This document shows positions 25,962-35,852 of a stretch of DNA of 48,715 bases, one piece after another (the stretch's first letter is position 1; every line of letters starts with the position of its first letter). The notes under the pieces were generated by a model. The model saw nothing but the letters and a program-made list of their open reading frames with translations. It was not told the DNA's origin and did not search any database. Origin of the DNA: a virus; the UHGV virus genome UHGV-0199265, one strand, 5' to 3'. The translations under genes and the position numbers were made by a program.

Positions 25962-27059
25962 TTAGCTATGCGCGTAAATAACGGATTTGCGATTGTTGAT
26001 GTCGGTCTTAACCATAAGGCCCATCGCACCCCAGGTACGCCAGACGTAATCGCTGTTATAGAACTGGCGAGGGTCTGCAACGGTGCCAACCGCCTGGCCG
26101 ACAATCGGAGCGATAACGCCGGCGGTAAGCGGAACAATCAGGATTTGGTTGCCGGACAGTTGCGCATCTTCTTTGATGGCAGCGATGCCGGAGAGCTTCA
26201 GCAGCTCCTGCAGGATGGTGCCAGACTGGTAGTTGTCGCTGAAGTAGCGTTCCAGATTTGAGGTGATCTCGCCTGAAACATACCAGGTCTGCTGTGCATA
26301 CTGCAGGTTGGTCAGCTTCATCACGTCGCGCAGAGCAATGGCTGCATTGCGGATTTGCTCAGCCGTTGCGCTTGAGCTGGTGAAGTCGATATTCAGGCCG
26401 GAATCACTGAGATTGACAATCTGCACCCGCTCATCGGCTTTCACCCCCTTCCAGGTCTTGCCATCAAAAGCGATATAGTTGCCAGCAGAGTCACGGAAAC
26501 CGTTGAAGACGTAATCAACGTACTGACGACGAACATCATCAACAGAGCCGCGCTGAGCATCGGCCAGAGAAGCCAGAGCGGAGCCTTTGTTGAAAATCGG
26601 GTCACGCCACTGAAATTTGAAGCCAGAGTCGTGGATCGGAACCATAGTACCGTCGAAGGTGTACGCGCGCGCATCAAGCGCCGCACCAATCTGGCCGGAC
26701 ATGGAGGTATGCGCCCAGCCGCGGCCACCGGTGCGAGCATACTCGTACACGGACTCTTCAAGACGGACAGAGCGGGACAACGGGATCAGGTCGTTAAGCA
26801 GAGTGAATTCAGTAGTTGGTTCGAATTCAGCCAGCACAGTCTGATCATAAGCGCGATACAGGCGGCGGATATCGTCGACAGCGTTCGTCGCGTCCAGCGC
26901 CGGAGTGTTTGCCGCATCACCACGCCAGCGGGTGCGGGATACGAAATCAGCAACGGCCTGAGCACTCATATTGCGCGCCAGTTGCAGCTCATTGAACTGC
27001 GCCTGGTTCGCTTCGAGGTTGCCCGTCTCAGTCGCGCGTCGGGTGGAAAATACAAACAT
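25962..27059 (-). CDS. Major capsid protein (DUF2184-like)
   Basis: 365 aa; position after scaffold/protease and decoration-like genes; abundant-protein-type composition. Confidence 0.65.
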   Translation of the reverse strand: MFVFSTRRATETGNLEANQAQFNELQLARNMSAQAVADFVSRTRWRGDAANTPALDATNAVDDIRRLYRAYDQTVLAEFEPTTEFTLLNDLIPLSRSVRLEESVYEYARTGGRGWAHTSMSGQIGAALDARAYTFDGTMVPIHDSGFKFQWRDPIFNKGSALASLADAQRGSVDDVRRQYVDYVFNGFRDSAGNYIAFDGKTWKGVKADERVQIVNLSDSGLNIDFTSSSATAEQIRNAAIALRDVMKLTNLQYAQQTWYVSGEITSNLERYFSDNYQSGTILQELLKLSGIAAIKEDAQLSGNQILIVPLTAGVIAPIVGQAVGTVADPRQFYNSDYVWRTWGAMGLMVKTDINNRKSVIYAHS

Positions 27060-27070
27060 TCAGTCTCTCC

Positions 27071-27502
27071 TTACTTGAACACGACGCGAACCAGATCGCC
27101 TGCTGTGGCGGTCAGGGACTTGTCTTCTTCGACATAGGCAAAGATGGTTTCACCCTCTGCCAGTGCTTTAATTTGGCCATTGGCCACAGAAACCGGCTGG
27201 CCCTTGGTGTAGGTACCAGCGGCAGCGCGAACGTTGAGGAAAACGCCCGGCGTTGGCTGGATGTTTACCACCCAGTCACCGATCGCATAGGCATCGTCAA
27301 CCGTTTTGCAGCGCAAATAGTCGTAGTTAGCAACGTAAAGAATCGCGTCTTCAGCGCCATCAACAGACGGTGTAGGCTTGGCTGCACTGAAAAAGATAAC
27401 GGTACCCGGCAGAAACGCTGCGGCCGCAGAACCTTCACGATTAAGTTGCGGGTTGGGGAAAATTCCGCCCGCGTGAATTACGTGTTTCCCGTCTTTAGCC
27501 AT
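27071..27502 (-). CDS. Head decoration / DUF2190-like structural protein
   Basis: 143 aa, immediately upstream of the capsid gene. Confidence 0.45.
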   Translation of the reverse strand: MAKDGKHVIHAGGIFPNPQLNREGSAAAAFLPGTVIFFSAAKPTPSVDGAEDAILYVANYDYLRCKTVDDAYAIGDWVVNIQPTPGVFLNVRAAAGTYTKGQPVSVANGQIKALAEGETIFAYVEEDKSLTATAGDLVRVVFK

Positions 27503-27505
27503 TTT

Positions 27506-28891
27506 TTACTCCGGCATTTCGCTGAAAGAATCGTTGTTGTTGACCGGACGGAATGCACCATTCAGGCCGGTAGAGGTCTGGCACTGAGCAAACAGGCCAT
27601 CAAGGGCGGCGCCGTCAAGCGCATTCACCGCCAGGTCATCCAGCCCGAATTTCGCTTTTACGGCAGCGCGTTTTTCGCCTTTCTCTTTGTCAGCGTTCAC
27701 GGCAAGGCCTGACTTAACGGCTGCCAAATCATCAGCAAATGGCTTAAACCATGCCGGCGCTTCTTCGCTGTTGCTGGCCTGCTCTTTTTTCTTAGGCTTG
27801 CCGGTGGCGGGATCGATTTCGTCGCCGCCATCTTTCTTGGCTGCCGCCTTCTCTGCCGCTAGCTGGTTGTAAGCGTCCATCAGTTCGGCATCGGACTTGC
27901 CTTCAGTCGGCTTACCCGCGGCTTGGAGCGCATTGATAATCAGTTCTTTCATCGGATCGTTCTCTCCGTTGGTTTTAATCTCGTACTCAATGGGTTTGCG
28001 CACGACTTCTACAGGTTCGCCGACGAACACGGCTTTGCCGTCATCATCGATGAGGTACTTCTGCTTTAGGTATCTGGTGTCATCGCGGTAGATGAAGCTG
28101 TCTGGCCACACCGTTTCTGGCCATAGCCACTTATCTTCTGTGTCACCCTCGCGAAGCTTGTCGCTGATAGCGCGTGAAATGTCGTCAAAAGAGAAGTTGG
28201 AGGCATTGGTGAAAAAGAATTTGGTCTTGTTGAGCAGGCCTTCGCGTGTGCAGTCGATACCATCAGCAAGGCGAGCGACCTCGATCTGCTGCTCATGACC
28301 TTCTGAGTTGACGAAGATGCCCACGCCTTCTTCAGGTGTTCCGGCGCCAGGCTCATCGAGCAGCACCGCCACATGGTCAAACATCATGTTGGTGGCGATC
28401 TCGTTGTACTTCTTGCCCTTCGACTCGCCATTAGCGGCAATGCCGGAATACAGCAGTCCTGTGGAGATGTGGATGGGTTCTGAGTTGGTACCGGCGATCA
28501 TCTCATCAAGGCGATTAATCAGGCGCTTGCCCTTCTCGCTTGACTCGGCGTACTGGCGGTTAACGTACATATCACCCGTCACCTTCCCACCTTCGTGGCT
28601 GACGTTCTGCAGCCATGCGCCGACGTGATATTCATTCACCGCCCGGACATCGCGAGCAGACACATGCTTCCCGTCAACCTTCGGGTGGCCCAGCGGCATC
28701 GGGTTACGCTCAAGCGTGTTGTAGGCCTTTTCGATTTCTGCTGCCGGGTACAACTTCCGGTTCATCACGATATCGTCCACGACAGGCGTGATGCCGCGAA
28801 CCACGATATGTGGCTTGCCGTCGATGGTTTCAGTGGTGATGTTTGAAGCGGAGTTGACGACGGTCAGCACGTTAACGCGGTTGCGTTTCAT
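27506..28891 (-). CDS. Prohead protease / scaffolding-like protein (DUF2213-like)
   Basis: ATG at 28891 with GAGGA RBS (the track ORF uses a TTG start at 28921); 461 aa with Lys/Glu/Ala-rich C-terminus; position. Confidence 0.45.
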   Translation of the reverse strand: MKRNRVNVLTVVNSASNITTETIDGKPHIVVRGITPVVDDIVMNRKLYPAAEIEKAYNTLERNPMPLGHPKVDGKHVSARDVRAVNEYHVGAWLQNVSHEGGKVTGDMYVNRQYAESSEKGKRLINRLDEMIAGTNSEPIHISTGLLYSGIAANGESKGKKYNEIATNMMFDHVAVLLDEPGAGTPEEGVGIFVNSEGHEQQIEVARLADGIDCTREGLLNKTKFFFTNASNFSFDDISRAISDKLREGDTEDKWLWPETVWPDSFIYRDDTRYLKQKYLIDDDGKAVFVGEPVEVVRKPIEYEIKTNGENDPMKELIINALQAAGKPTEGKSDAELMDAYNQLAAEKAAAKKDGGDEIDPATGKPKKKEQASNSEEAPAWFKPFADDLAAVKSGLAVNADKEKGEKRAAVKAKFGLDDLAVNALDGAALDGLFAQCQTSTGLNGAFRPVNNNDSFSEMPE

Positions 28892-28921
28892 GCTGGGTCC
28901 TCGTTGGTGGATTTCAGGCAA

Positions 28922-28946
28922 TAAAAAAGGCCGCCGGATGGCAGCC
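28922..28946 (-). terminator. Intrinsic terminator inside the head gene cluster (GGCUGCC-aucc-GGCGGCC-UUUUUUAU)
   Basis: 7-bp GC stem, U6; between the small moron ORF and the scaffold gene. Confidence 0.55.
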
Positions 28947-28988
28947 TGTAATATATTTTTAGGACAGAATTAGAGCCCTGACTTCATG

Positions 28989-29192
28989 CTATTCACCAAA
29001 GCAGCCCATCATTACTGCTGCTTCATGGAACTTTTGAGCCTCGGTCTGTGCTGCCTCTGGCAGGGCTGGGAATCTAGCCTGCGTAATTTTTTCAAATGGC
29101 AGAAAATAATCCCGACTCAGTGTTTCTTCACCATTCTCATCAATAACAGTGAATGAGATGCGGACTGTGTTCTTTGGTTTCGGAATGCTCAT
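28989..29192 (-). CDS. Hypothetical small protein (67 aa), moron-like
   Basis: isolated ORF with its own flanking non-coding regions, lower GC, followed by terminator. Confidence 0.4.
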   Translation of the reverse strand: MSIPKPKNTVRISFTVIDENGEETLSRDYFLPFEKITQARFPALPEAAQTEAQKFHEAAVMMGCFGE

Positions 29193-29286
29193 TCACAACC
29201 TCGTCTTAGTTGCTCGTCAGAATATCAGTGGCAGGCGGTGACGATACCGTTTTTCGGGAGCTACCCTAGCCACTGATGATTATACA

Positions 29287-30294
29287 TTAAGCTGATTCTG
29301 CTTTTGTCCACTGATTCCGCTCTTTAGCCAGCTTATCCGCCAGCCCCTTGTTAAATATGCTGCCGTCGTCGTTAAGCAACACCGGAATCTGGCTGCAATA
29401 GCAGTTGTACCGGTTGCCGTTCTCAGCGTAGAAGTCTCGCACCTGCTCGGTGGTATAAACCTTGCCGTGACGGCTGGCGTGCCAGCTGCGCGTCGTCGGT
29501 TTGAGCGCAGATAGCCACAGCAGGCCGGTATTCAGCCCAAGCCTGTCGGCAGCCCAGTCCGTTTCGTTCCATTGAGCCTGGCGCAGCGCGCCGACCTGCT
29601 CAGTCTGAGCGATAGTCTTTGCGCGGCCCATAGAGACATCAAGGCGCTTGCTTATCACCTGCGCCGTTTCGCGGGGATTCACACCGCGCCCAACGGCATC
29701 CGCGATGATGTTCGCCAGGTCACCGCGCGCCCGGTCAGCTTCCAGCCTCCAGTCGCTATACGTGCTGATGTAGGCACTGGCGATCTGGTTCTGGTATGCA
29801 GGGCTGCTTAAAAGCTGCTGAAGCGTCGTCTGGCTGGCGTACACCTGCGACTGCTGCGAGAGGTTGTTGAAGGCCTCCAGCGTTCCGCGCTGTGCCTCAG
29901 CGGCGACGTAATCCATCGCCCACAGGCTTTGTTCGCCGCCTTCCAGCAGGTAATCGTCGAGAATAACCTGCACCGCTTCGAGCAGGTCGGCCAGTTCCTG
30001 CGCCGACATGTCGTAGATGAACTTGCCGGCGTTGACCTGGTAGAGCGTTGGCTCTGCACCGTTAACGTGACACAGGAAATGCCAGTTGTGGCTGTTAACC
30101 TCTCGCTCTCTCCCGGTCAGGCGCTGGTCGAACAACGCTTTAAGTGCGCGCTTGATGCCGAGATAACGGTCCTCGATATCCCGGTACATCGCGGTTACCT
30201 GCTTGGCCGATCGGGTCGGGTCAACCTTGCTGCGCGGAACTATCGGCAGCCCCACCTTTGCCGTCTGCTCCGGTGTCATCGGCCAGTGGATCAT
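29287..30294 (-). CDS. Head morphogenesis protein (Mu F / SPP1 gp7 family)
   Basis: 335 aa; conserved C-terminal block ...WLSALKPTTRSWHASRHGKVYT; overlaps portal 3-prime end; alternative start at 30279. Confidence 0.65.
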   Translation of the reverse strand: MIHWPMTPEQTAKVGLPIVPRSKVDPTRSAKQVTAMYRDIEDRYLGIKRALKALFDQRLTGREREVNSHNWHFLCHVNGAEPTLYQVNAGKFIYDMSAQELADLLEAVQVILDDYLLEGGEQSLWAMDYVAAEAQRGTLEAFNNLSQQSQVYASQTTLQQLLSSPAYQNQIASAYISTYSDWRLEADRARGDLANIIADAVGRGVNPRETAQVISKRLDVSMGRAKTIAQTEQVGALRQAQWNETDWAADRLGLNTGLLWLSALKPTTRSWHASRHGKVYTTEQVRDFYAENGNRYNCYCSQIPVLLNDDGSIFNKGLADKLAKERNQWTKAESA

Positions 30295-31690
30295 CGGTTG
30301 TCACCTTGTCATTCGGGTTAGGTGGTTGCTTTGGCTCAGGCAGAGGGTCGAGGCCTACAATCTCGCGAAGTTCGTTGGCCGTGAATGGCGGCTCGCCTCC
30401 GTAGAATCCAGAGGTTTTCTGGACGATATCGGCCAGTTTCGAGGCGTTCTCGATTTTCTCCTTCTCGCCAGGCGCCAGCAGGTCAGTCCATGAAATGGTG
30501 ACCTCTCCATTTGTCGGCGGATCGATAATGCCCAGGGTCCAGAAGCGTTCCAGCAAAGCTGTGATTCGGTCAGTCAGGAAGCCGTTGCGGCGGGTATTTC
30601 GGCGAATGGCCCAGTCGGTTTTATCCTCATCACTCGCCAGTCGTCCGGTCTGCTGTCCAAACAGGATAGTGAACGGGATTTGTACTGATGCCGCCAGCTC
30701 GTTGGCGGTGACCTCCCACGTCGGCCCCGGGTCGCCTGGAGTTACGCTCAGAACGTGCATCTGCCCGGCCTGCATAACCGCCGCCGCATCGGTGCCGCGG
30801 TTAAGCTTGTTGACCTTATCGCCCATCGCTTCGCCGAGGTCAGCATAACCAGCTTTCTTCGCCAGATCGGACAGCGTAGCCATGTCTGTTTCTTTGCTGA
30901 ACTCGACCGCGATCTGCCTGCTGGCATTTTTCAGGAAGCCCTCAGCGCCACCGCCGGAAATCTTCTCAAGGTCGAGCCCTTTGTTGTATCCGGCCTCAAG
31001 AAGCGGGATACCAGACAGAACGTTGTCATCTTCCGAGCCTTCACAGAACAGGATCACCCGACTCGGATGAACAGGCTCACCGCGAGTCGGCCCGACGAAA
31101 GCCTCGTCTCCAACCGGCTGCTCGTTGAAGTTGAACATCTTCGGCTGGCCGAAGGTCTCGGACTGGCGATCGTTATCCCATTCGGCGACCGTCAGCTGCG
31201 GCTCCCATACCGGGATAAGTTTTACCAGCGCTGACTCGCCCAGGGATTTCACCAGCCTGGTATCTACTGGATCGCTCCATGGCTTGTTATCTTTCACCTG
31301 CAGCAGCAGTGCGGAGTAACGCCCGACCATATTGCGGCGATCGGCATCCTTCACCTTCGGCCACCATTTCTTCATGAACCTGGTGACTTTCTTTTCCCAC
31401 GGGTTGGTTTTCTTCGCCTCCTGGGACTCATCACCGTCAACGATGACCGGATAGTCCTGCCAGCATCCATCAAGAAGGCGATGCACAACAGCGAAGCCTG
31501 CGGCGTTGCGCCGGTACATGTTGTAAAAGTCATGGAAGGTAATGGTTCGCGGGTAGCCAAACTCCTGATAGAGCGTCGGGCGCTTGGTATTACCCCCGCC
31601 GATACCGATGGCGTTAAGGTAATTCGCTCGCCGCATTTCAGTGGCGAGATTGTTCACAGCCAGTTGAAGGCCGTTATCTTGTTCGCTCAC
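30221..31690 (-). CDS. Portal protein
   Basis: 489 aa directly downstream of terminase large subunit; acidic C-terminus. Confidence 0.6.
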   Translation of the reverse strand: MSEQDNGLQLAVNNLATEMRRANYLNAIGIGGGNTKRPTLYQEFGYPRTITFHDFYNMYRRNAAGFAVVHRLLDGCWQDYPVIVDGDESQEAKKTNPWEKKVTRFMKKWWPKVKDADRRNMVGRYSALLLQVKDNKPWSDPVDTRLVKSLGESALVKLIPVWEPQLTVAEWDNDRQSETFGQPKMFNFNEQPVGDEAFVGPTRGEPVHPSRVILFCEGSEDDNVLSGIPLLEAGYNKGLDLEKISGGGAEGFLKNASRQIAVEFSKETDMATLSDLAKKAGYADLGEAMGDKVNKLNRGTDAAAVMQAGQMHVLSVTPGDPGPTWEVTANELAASVQIPFTILFGQQTGRLASDEDKTDWAIRRNTRRNGFLTDRITALLERFWTLGIIDPPTNGEVTISWTDLLAPGEKEKIENASKLADIVQKTSGFYGGEPPFTANELREIVGLDPLPEPKQPPNPNDKVTTDDPLADDTGADGKGGAADSSAQQG

Positions 31691-31702
31691 TGGCGATGCT
31701 CC

Positions 31703-33001
31703 TTAGAAGAATACTGCGCCGACTTGCGCTTTGTGCTTGATATACCCGTCCAGACCGTACCGGACACCGTCCCAGCAGTGGTTGTTCTTGTCCTCTATTA
31801 CCGGCAAGACCTCGCCAGTGATCCGGTCAGTTTTGTACGAGTAGAGACGAGCTTCTTTAGCCGTCTCCTTGCAGCGTGGGTGAATGATGATTTTCTTAAA
31901 GCCACGCAGGCAAGTTATCCCATCCTCTACGCTGCCCTGCCATTTCTGAGCTGCTGAGATATTGAAACCCTGGCCCTTGATATGGCTGATAGTTTCAGGT
32001 CTGGAGTTGTCGGCTTTGATAGGCCATTTGCGAGCCTCGGGTATGCCGGGGAATTTCGCCTCGTCAGTAACCTTCCAGTCTTCAAGCTGTTTCGGCGTGG
32101 CATCGGTTTTTCCAGCGTAAAACTTCCACATGTCATCAAGCTCTACACCATTGCCGTAGGCCTCGTATTCGATGTAGAGGTTGTTATCCAGGATGAACAT
32201 GCGAATAAGCGTGCTCGGGTCTTTTGCGAAACCGAAGTCGGCGCCGAACAGCAGGCGCTCTGATTTCTTCCAGAGGTCGTCTTCAAAGCTCCGCACGACG
32301 TATTTATTCGCCAGCACCTGCTTGTCTGAGTTCTCCAGATAGGCGCCTTCCCAAATCCACGCATAATCGGCGTAGTCGAGGTTTTCCAGATCTTCGAGGC
32401 GCTCTTCTTCGAGTACATCCGGGAACCACGGATTGTCGCTGTAGTTCATCTCGACAATCATCGAGCTTTTCGGCGGGTTCTTTCTGAAGAGCTTGTCCGT
32501 GGCGCTGCCGTCTTTCTCCGGGTTCCATGTCACCCAGATTTCAGAGCCATTTTCACGCACCGTCGGGCGAAGCTTCTTCCAGGCCGTCGCCGATACCGAC
32601 TCAGCCTCATCTACCCACGCAACCAGAATGCGCGCCTTTGACTTAATACTGTCGAGGTTGTGGCGCAAGCCGCAGAAGACGTAGCTGACGTTGCGGTTTT
32701 TAGTGCGGATGTACTTTTCGCCAATATCGAAGTATTCATCCAGCCAGGGAACAGACCGGATCGCCTGTTTCACTTCCTCCATCGATGACTCTTCGAGGGA
32801 GTTCATAAACTCGCGAGCGCAGAGAATGACGCCGCTTAATCCGCTTTCGGCTGCCTGATACGCTTTAACCGCACTCATCAGCGCGAATGTGCGCGTCTTT
32901 GCAGAACCTCGGCCACCATGCGCGCCACGATAGCGAATGCCCTCTGTCGCGAATACGGGAACGAGCTTCGCCGGGATTTGTAGGTCAACCTGGCTTTCCA
33001 T
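31703..33001 (-). CDS. Terminase large subunit (PBSX family)
   Basis: 432 aa; Walker A GAHGGRGSAKT; C-terminal nuclease-like region. Confidence 0.85.
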   Translation of the reverse strand: MESQVDLQIPAKLVPVFATEGIRYRGAHGGRGSAKTRTFALMSAVKAYQAAESGLSGVILCAREFMNSLEESSMEEVKQAIRSVPWLDEYFDIGEKYIRTKNRNVSYVFCGLRHNLDSIKSKARILVAWVDEAESVSATAWKKLRPTVRENGSEIWVTWNPEKDGSATDKLFRKNPPKSSMIVEMNYSDNPWFPDVLEEERLEDLENLDYADYAWIWEGAYLENSDKQVLANKYVVRSFEDDLWKKSERLLFGADFGFAKDPSTLIRMFILDNNLYIEYEAYGNGVELDDMWKFYAGKTDATPKQLEDWKVTDEAKFPGIPEARKWPIKADNSRPETISHIKGQGFNISAAQKWQGSVEDGITCLRGFKKIIIHPRCKETAKEARLYSYKTDRITGEVLPVIEDKNNHCWDGVRYGLDGYIKHKAQVGAVFF

Positions 33002-33452
33002 TTGTTGGCTCTACTCCTACCAGTCTGATCGTCGTTGGTCGCGGCGACATGCTACCGTCAGGGCTGGTGTGTTCGACTTTTTGCTTATTGCTGTAAGCCT
33101 CACCCACCTCTTTTGCTGCCTGCTCCAGTAGTTGGGCTGTCATACCGATGTTCTTCATGTTCTCAGCAGTCGTCGACATTCGCTGCAGTACGCGCAGACG
33201 GTAGGCCTTGTTGGCGATAGGAATATCGGAAATTTCGTTGAGAAAACGGTCGCGGGTATGGTTGAAGAGGTCTACCCACTTTTTAGCCAGACCCTTGCCG
33301 CTGACCTTCGTCGGATCGTGCGATTCAACTTGCTGAGGGGTGACTTTTATCCCGTAATCTTTTTGGATGGCGTCGACCACAATCGACAGCGTGTCATAGC
33401 ACGCAAGCATTTGAACGATGGCGGCTTTAACTTCCGGTTTTAGTGCAGCCAT
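32985..33452 (-). CDS. Terminase small subunit
   Basis: 155 aa immediately upstream of and overlapping the large subunit. Confidence 0.5.
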   Translation of the reverse strand: MAALKPEVKAAIVQMLACYDTLSIVVDAIQKDYGIKVTPQQVESHDPTKVSGKGLAKKWVDLFNHTRDRFLNEISDIPIANKAYRLRVLQRMSTTAENMKNIGMTAQLLEQAAKEVGEAYSNKQKVEHTSPDGSMSPRPTTIRLVGVEPTNGKPG

Positions 33453-33482
33453 GAATCACCATCCTTCCAAAGCATTCCAGAA

Positions 33483-34118
33483 TTAAGCCAGTTTCAGCAT
33501 GCACGTCCCGCAAGCTCTGGCAACATCGATATGAGCAACCTCCGCCGGCCTGTTCGCCGCATCCACCATTTCCTGCACGTCTTTGCTGGCACCGTAACGC
33601 CGGACCACTCCGACGAATTCCTCGACGTCATGGCCGCGAAGCTTCAGAACCGGCATACCGGTCTCTTTGTTGAACTTCGGCGCGCCATAGTCATCGGTAG
33701 CCTGGGCGATGTGGTAAAGCTCATGCTCAACCAGTGCGCAGAACTCCAAATCGTTACATTGCTCGCAGTAGTCAGCAGCCAGAGTGATGATGAACTTCGG
33801 TATGCGACCGAACCATTCATGCATCTGCTGCTCCATGCGGGACTTCTGCCAACCTCCTGCGCGCATCATTACCTGCTCACATTGACCCAGCACAATGCGG
33901 CCACTTTTGGCGAATGAGCCAGAGGCCCACATGAACGCGACATCAGCATCGAGCAAGTGCACATGATCAGGGTTATGGATTCTGCCGTCTTCAGAGAGGA
34001 TGTTCTGATTTACCCATTCGCCGATTTCGGCAGCAGGGATAAGCCGGGTATACGGCAGCCAGTTTTCGCCAGTGAAGTTGACGGGAGGGTATGGTCTGCG
34101 ATTGTCATTTTCAGTCAT
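33483..34118 (-). CDS. Putative zinc-metallopeptidase-like phage protein (HExxH)
   Basis: ATG at 34118 (MTENDNRR); LVEHELYHIAQ HExxH motif. Confidence 0.4.
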   Translation of the reverse strand: MTENDNRRPYPPVNFTGENWLPYTRLIPAAEIGEWVNQNILSEDGRIHNPDHVHLLDADVAFMWASGSFAKSGRIVLGQCEQVMMRAGGWQKSRMEQQMHEWFGRIPKFIITLAADYCEQCNDLEFCALVEHELYHIAQATDDYGAPKFNKETGMPVLKLRGHDVEEFVGVVRRYGASKDVQEMVDAANRPAEVAHIDVARACGTCMLKLA

Positions 34119-34443
34119 GCAGAACAATCCTCTGGGAACCAAAGATACTTGCTCGGTAATTTCGACACCGATGCATCAACAAACTTATATAAAACTCTGT
34201 CAATGGCGCTTTTCGGACGCCATTTGCAGAACTTTATAATCACGCCTTCTTCTCAATTACAGGGCCAACCCGGATACACTTCTTAGTGAGCCAGCCCCAG
34301 CGCAAAAGCACTGAAAGGATGAGCAGCGGCTTCATGTATGGGCGAAGCGTAATTTCCGCCATTAGGATTCCAGTAGTGCGCATATGGATTACCTCGTTGT
34401 GACATTATCGAGCCACCTCTAAAAGTGGCTCTGTAATGCCCGG

Positions 34444-35175
34444 TCAGTCCTTAATGAACTCTTCCGTGTGAATGCCGATTTCACCAGTAAGCAGATGAGC
34501 ACTGGTTGCGTCGATGTTCACTGATGTATGAGGGTTGGCGTTTTCGTTAAGCCATTTGATTACCGGCTTCACGACGTCTTCGAAGGAGGAGCTGCGAGCC
34601 TTATTAACATCGGGAACCTGGCACTTGCCAAGGCATGGGCCTTTATCGGCAAAACAGTTGACGCAGGAGTGATCGTGGATTTTCTTAGGGACGCTAAAGG
34701 TCTCATGAAAACCATGACCGTTTTGGTACCAGCGCCAACAATCGCGATATTCATAATCGACCGCCTCGTCATGAAACTGCCAAAGCAGATCAGGATTGCC
34801 AATGAGCTCATGGCCGATTTTAGGCTGATAGCCTTCCCCAATGGCCTGCTTGATATATTCAATCATTGCTTCGCGTGAGGGTGGCTTAGTCTGCTCTTCC
34901 TGAGTTCCGTCAGTTTCATCATCATCTTCACACACCGGGAAGCAACGCACACTGTCAACGAGGTGGTCACGAAAGATACGGGTTTCCAGCGAATCGGGTG
35001 CTGTAAACAACTCAATATTTACTCCGGAACCGAGGTTAATTTTCGGTTTATCTTTCGAGTACCCCTCAAACAACTGGCTTTCGACCAGAGTGCGGGCATT
35101 GATAATGCCGGAAATATTGCTGGAGGGCTGAGACAACTGCAGAAGCTGAACTGTCCAATACTTAATAAGTTTCAT
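34444..35175 (-). CDS. Hypothetical protein (243 aa), Cys-rich C-terminal half; moron between lysis and packaging modules
   Basis: lower GC; bidirectional terminator upstream (35291-35320); hairpin GAGCCAC/GTGGCTC just after stop (34411-34432). Confidence 0.5.
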   Translation of the reverse strand: MKLIKYWTVQLLQLSQPSSNISGIINARTLVESQLFEGYSKDKPKINLGSGVNIELFTAPDSLETRIFRDHLVDSVRCFPVCEDDDETDGTQEEQTKPPSREAMIEYIKQAIGEGYQPKIGHELIGNPDLLWQFHDEAVDYEYRDCWRWYQNGHGFHETFSVPKKIHDHSCVNCFADKGPCLGKCQVPDVNKARSSSFEDVVKPVIKWLNENANPHTSVNIDATSAHLLTGEIGIHTEEFIKD

Positions 35176-35290
35176 GCTGTTTTCCTTTTAGATGTGAGCC
35201 TGTCGCATGGCAAAGCCGCCAAGAGTGAACGGCTTGCCCAGGCTCACGACTGAAAGTCTCTCTTCGAAATGCGCATGCGAAGCGCAATAA

Positions 35291-35320
35291 AAAGCCCCGC
35301 TATTGCGAGGCTCGTTTTTT
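35291..35320. terminator. Bidirectional intrinsic terminator after the lysis cassette
   Basis: GCCCCGC-tatt-GCGAGGC with A-run before and T-run after. Confidence 0.55.
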
Positions 35321-35557
35321 CTCTGCTTGCCTGATGTCAGCCTTATCCCGGTTGCACTGCCCAAGCGCTGATAGCAGGCTGACGTTTAAATCCAGGCTCT
35401 GGCCCCACGTCAGGTTGTCGGGGATTTCCGGTTGCGGAGTGTCAGCCGTCAGGCTGGCTGGTAACGGGACCACCGGTACTTTGACGTAGACCGTTCGCGT
35501 ATTGTTGCAGCCGCTTAACTGCGCCAGCAGGCACAGGGCGATTAGTGCAATCATCAT
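35300..35557 (-). CDS. Outer-membrane spanin (Rz1-like lipoprotein), overlapping Rz in +1 frame
   Basis: MMIALIALCLLAQLSGC lipobox, Pro-rich, ORF embedded in and extending beyond the Rz-like gene. Confidence 0.6.
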   Translation of the reverse strand: MMIALIALCLLAQLSGCNNTRTVYVKVPVVPLPASLTADTPQPEIPDNLTWGQSLDLNVSLLSALGQCNRDKADIRQAEKKRASQ

Positions 35558-35852
35558 TCGCAACAGCAACCCGGATATCAGCCGAGGCTCCAGATGCGTC
35601 CAGTGCGATCTGCTCTTTTGCATGCTGATTGGCCTCGACGATGGTGTTGAAGATGGTCATGGTGGTCAGAACGTTGGAGGTGATCGCCTGAGCTGCGTTT
35701 ACCTGCTGTTCCGCGCCATCTGCTCGCTGCCTTTCCTGTTCGGCTTTGCCTTTGTAGTGGCTGGCAGAGATAGCCAGCGCACCAATCAGCACGACCATGA
35801 GCGCCGGCACCCAGAACTTTTTAACCAGCGCCAGAATGGATTCGGCTGTCAT
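35442..35852 (-). CDS. Inner-membrane spanin (Rz-like)
   Basis: N-terminal TM helix then coiled-coil-rich periplasmic region; position after endolysin. Confidence 0.55.
   Translation of the reverse strand: MTAESILALVKKFWVPALMVVLIGALAISASHYKGKAEQERQRADGAEQQVNAAQAITSNVLTTMTIFNTIVEANQHAKEQIALDASGASADIRVAVANDDCTNRPVPAGAVKRLQQYANGLRQSTGGPVTSQPDG

Noticed and set aside
33000-33500. Search for a cos site / cohesive-end signature near the terminase genes
   Set aside because: No recognisable cos-like symmetric element found by eye. The PBSX-family large terminase is usually associated with headful (pac) packaging, so absence of cos is expected.
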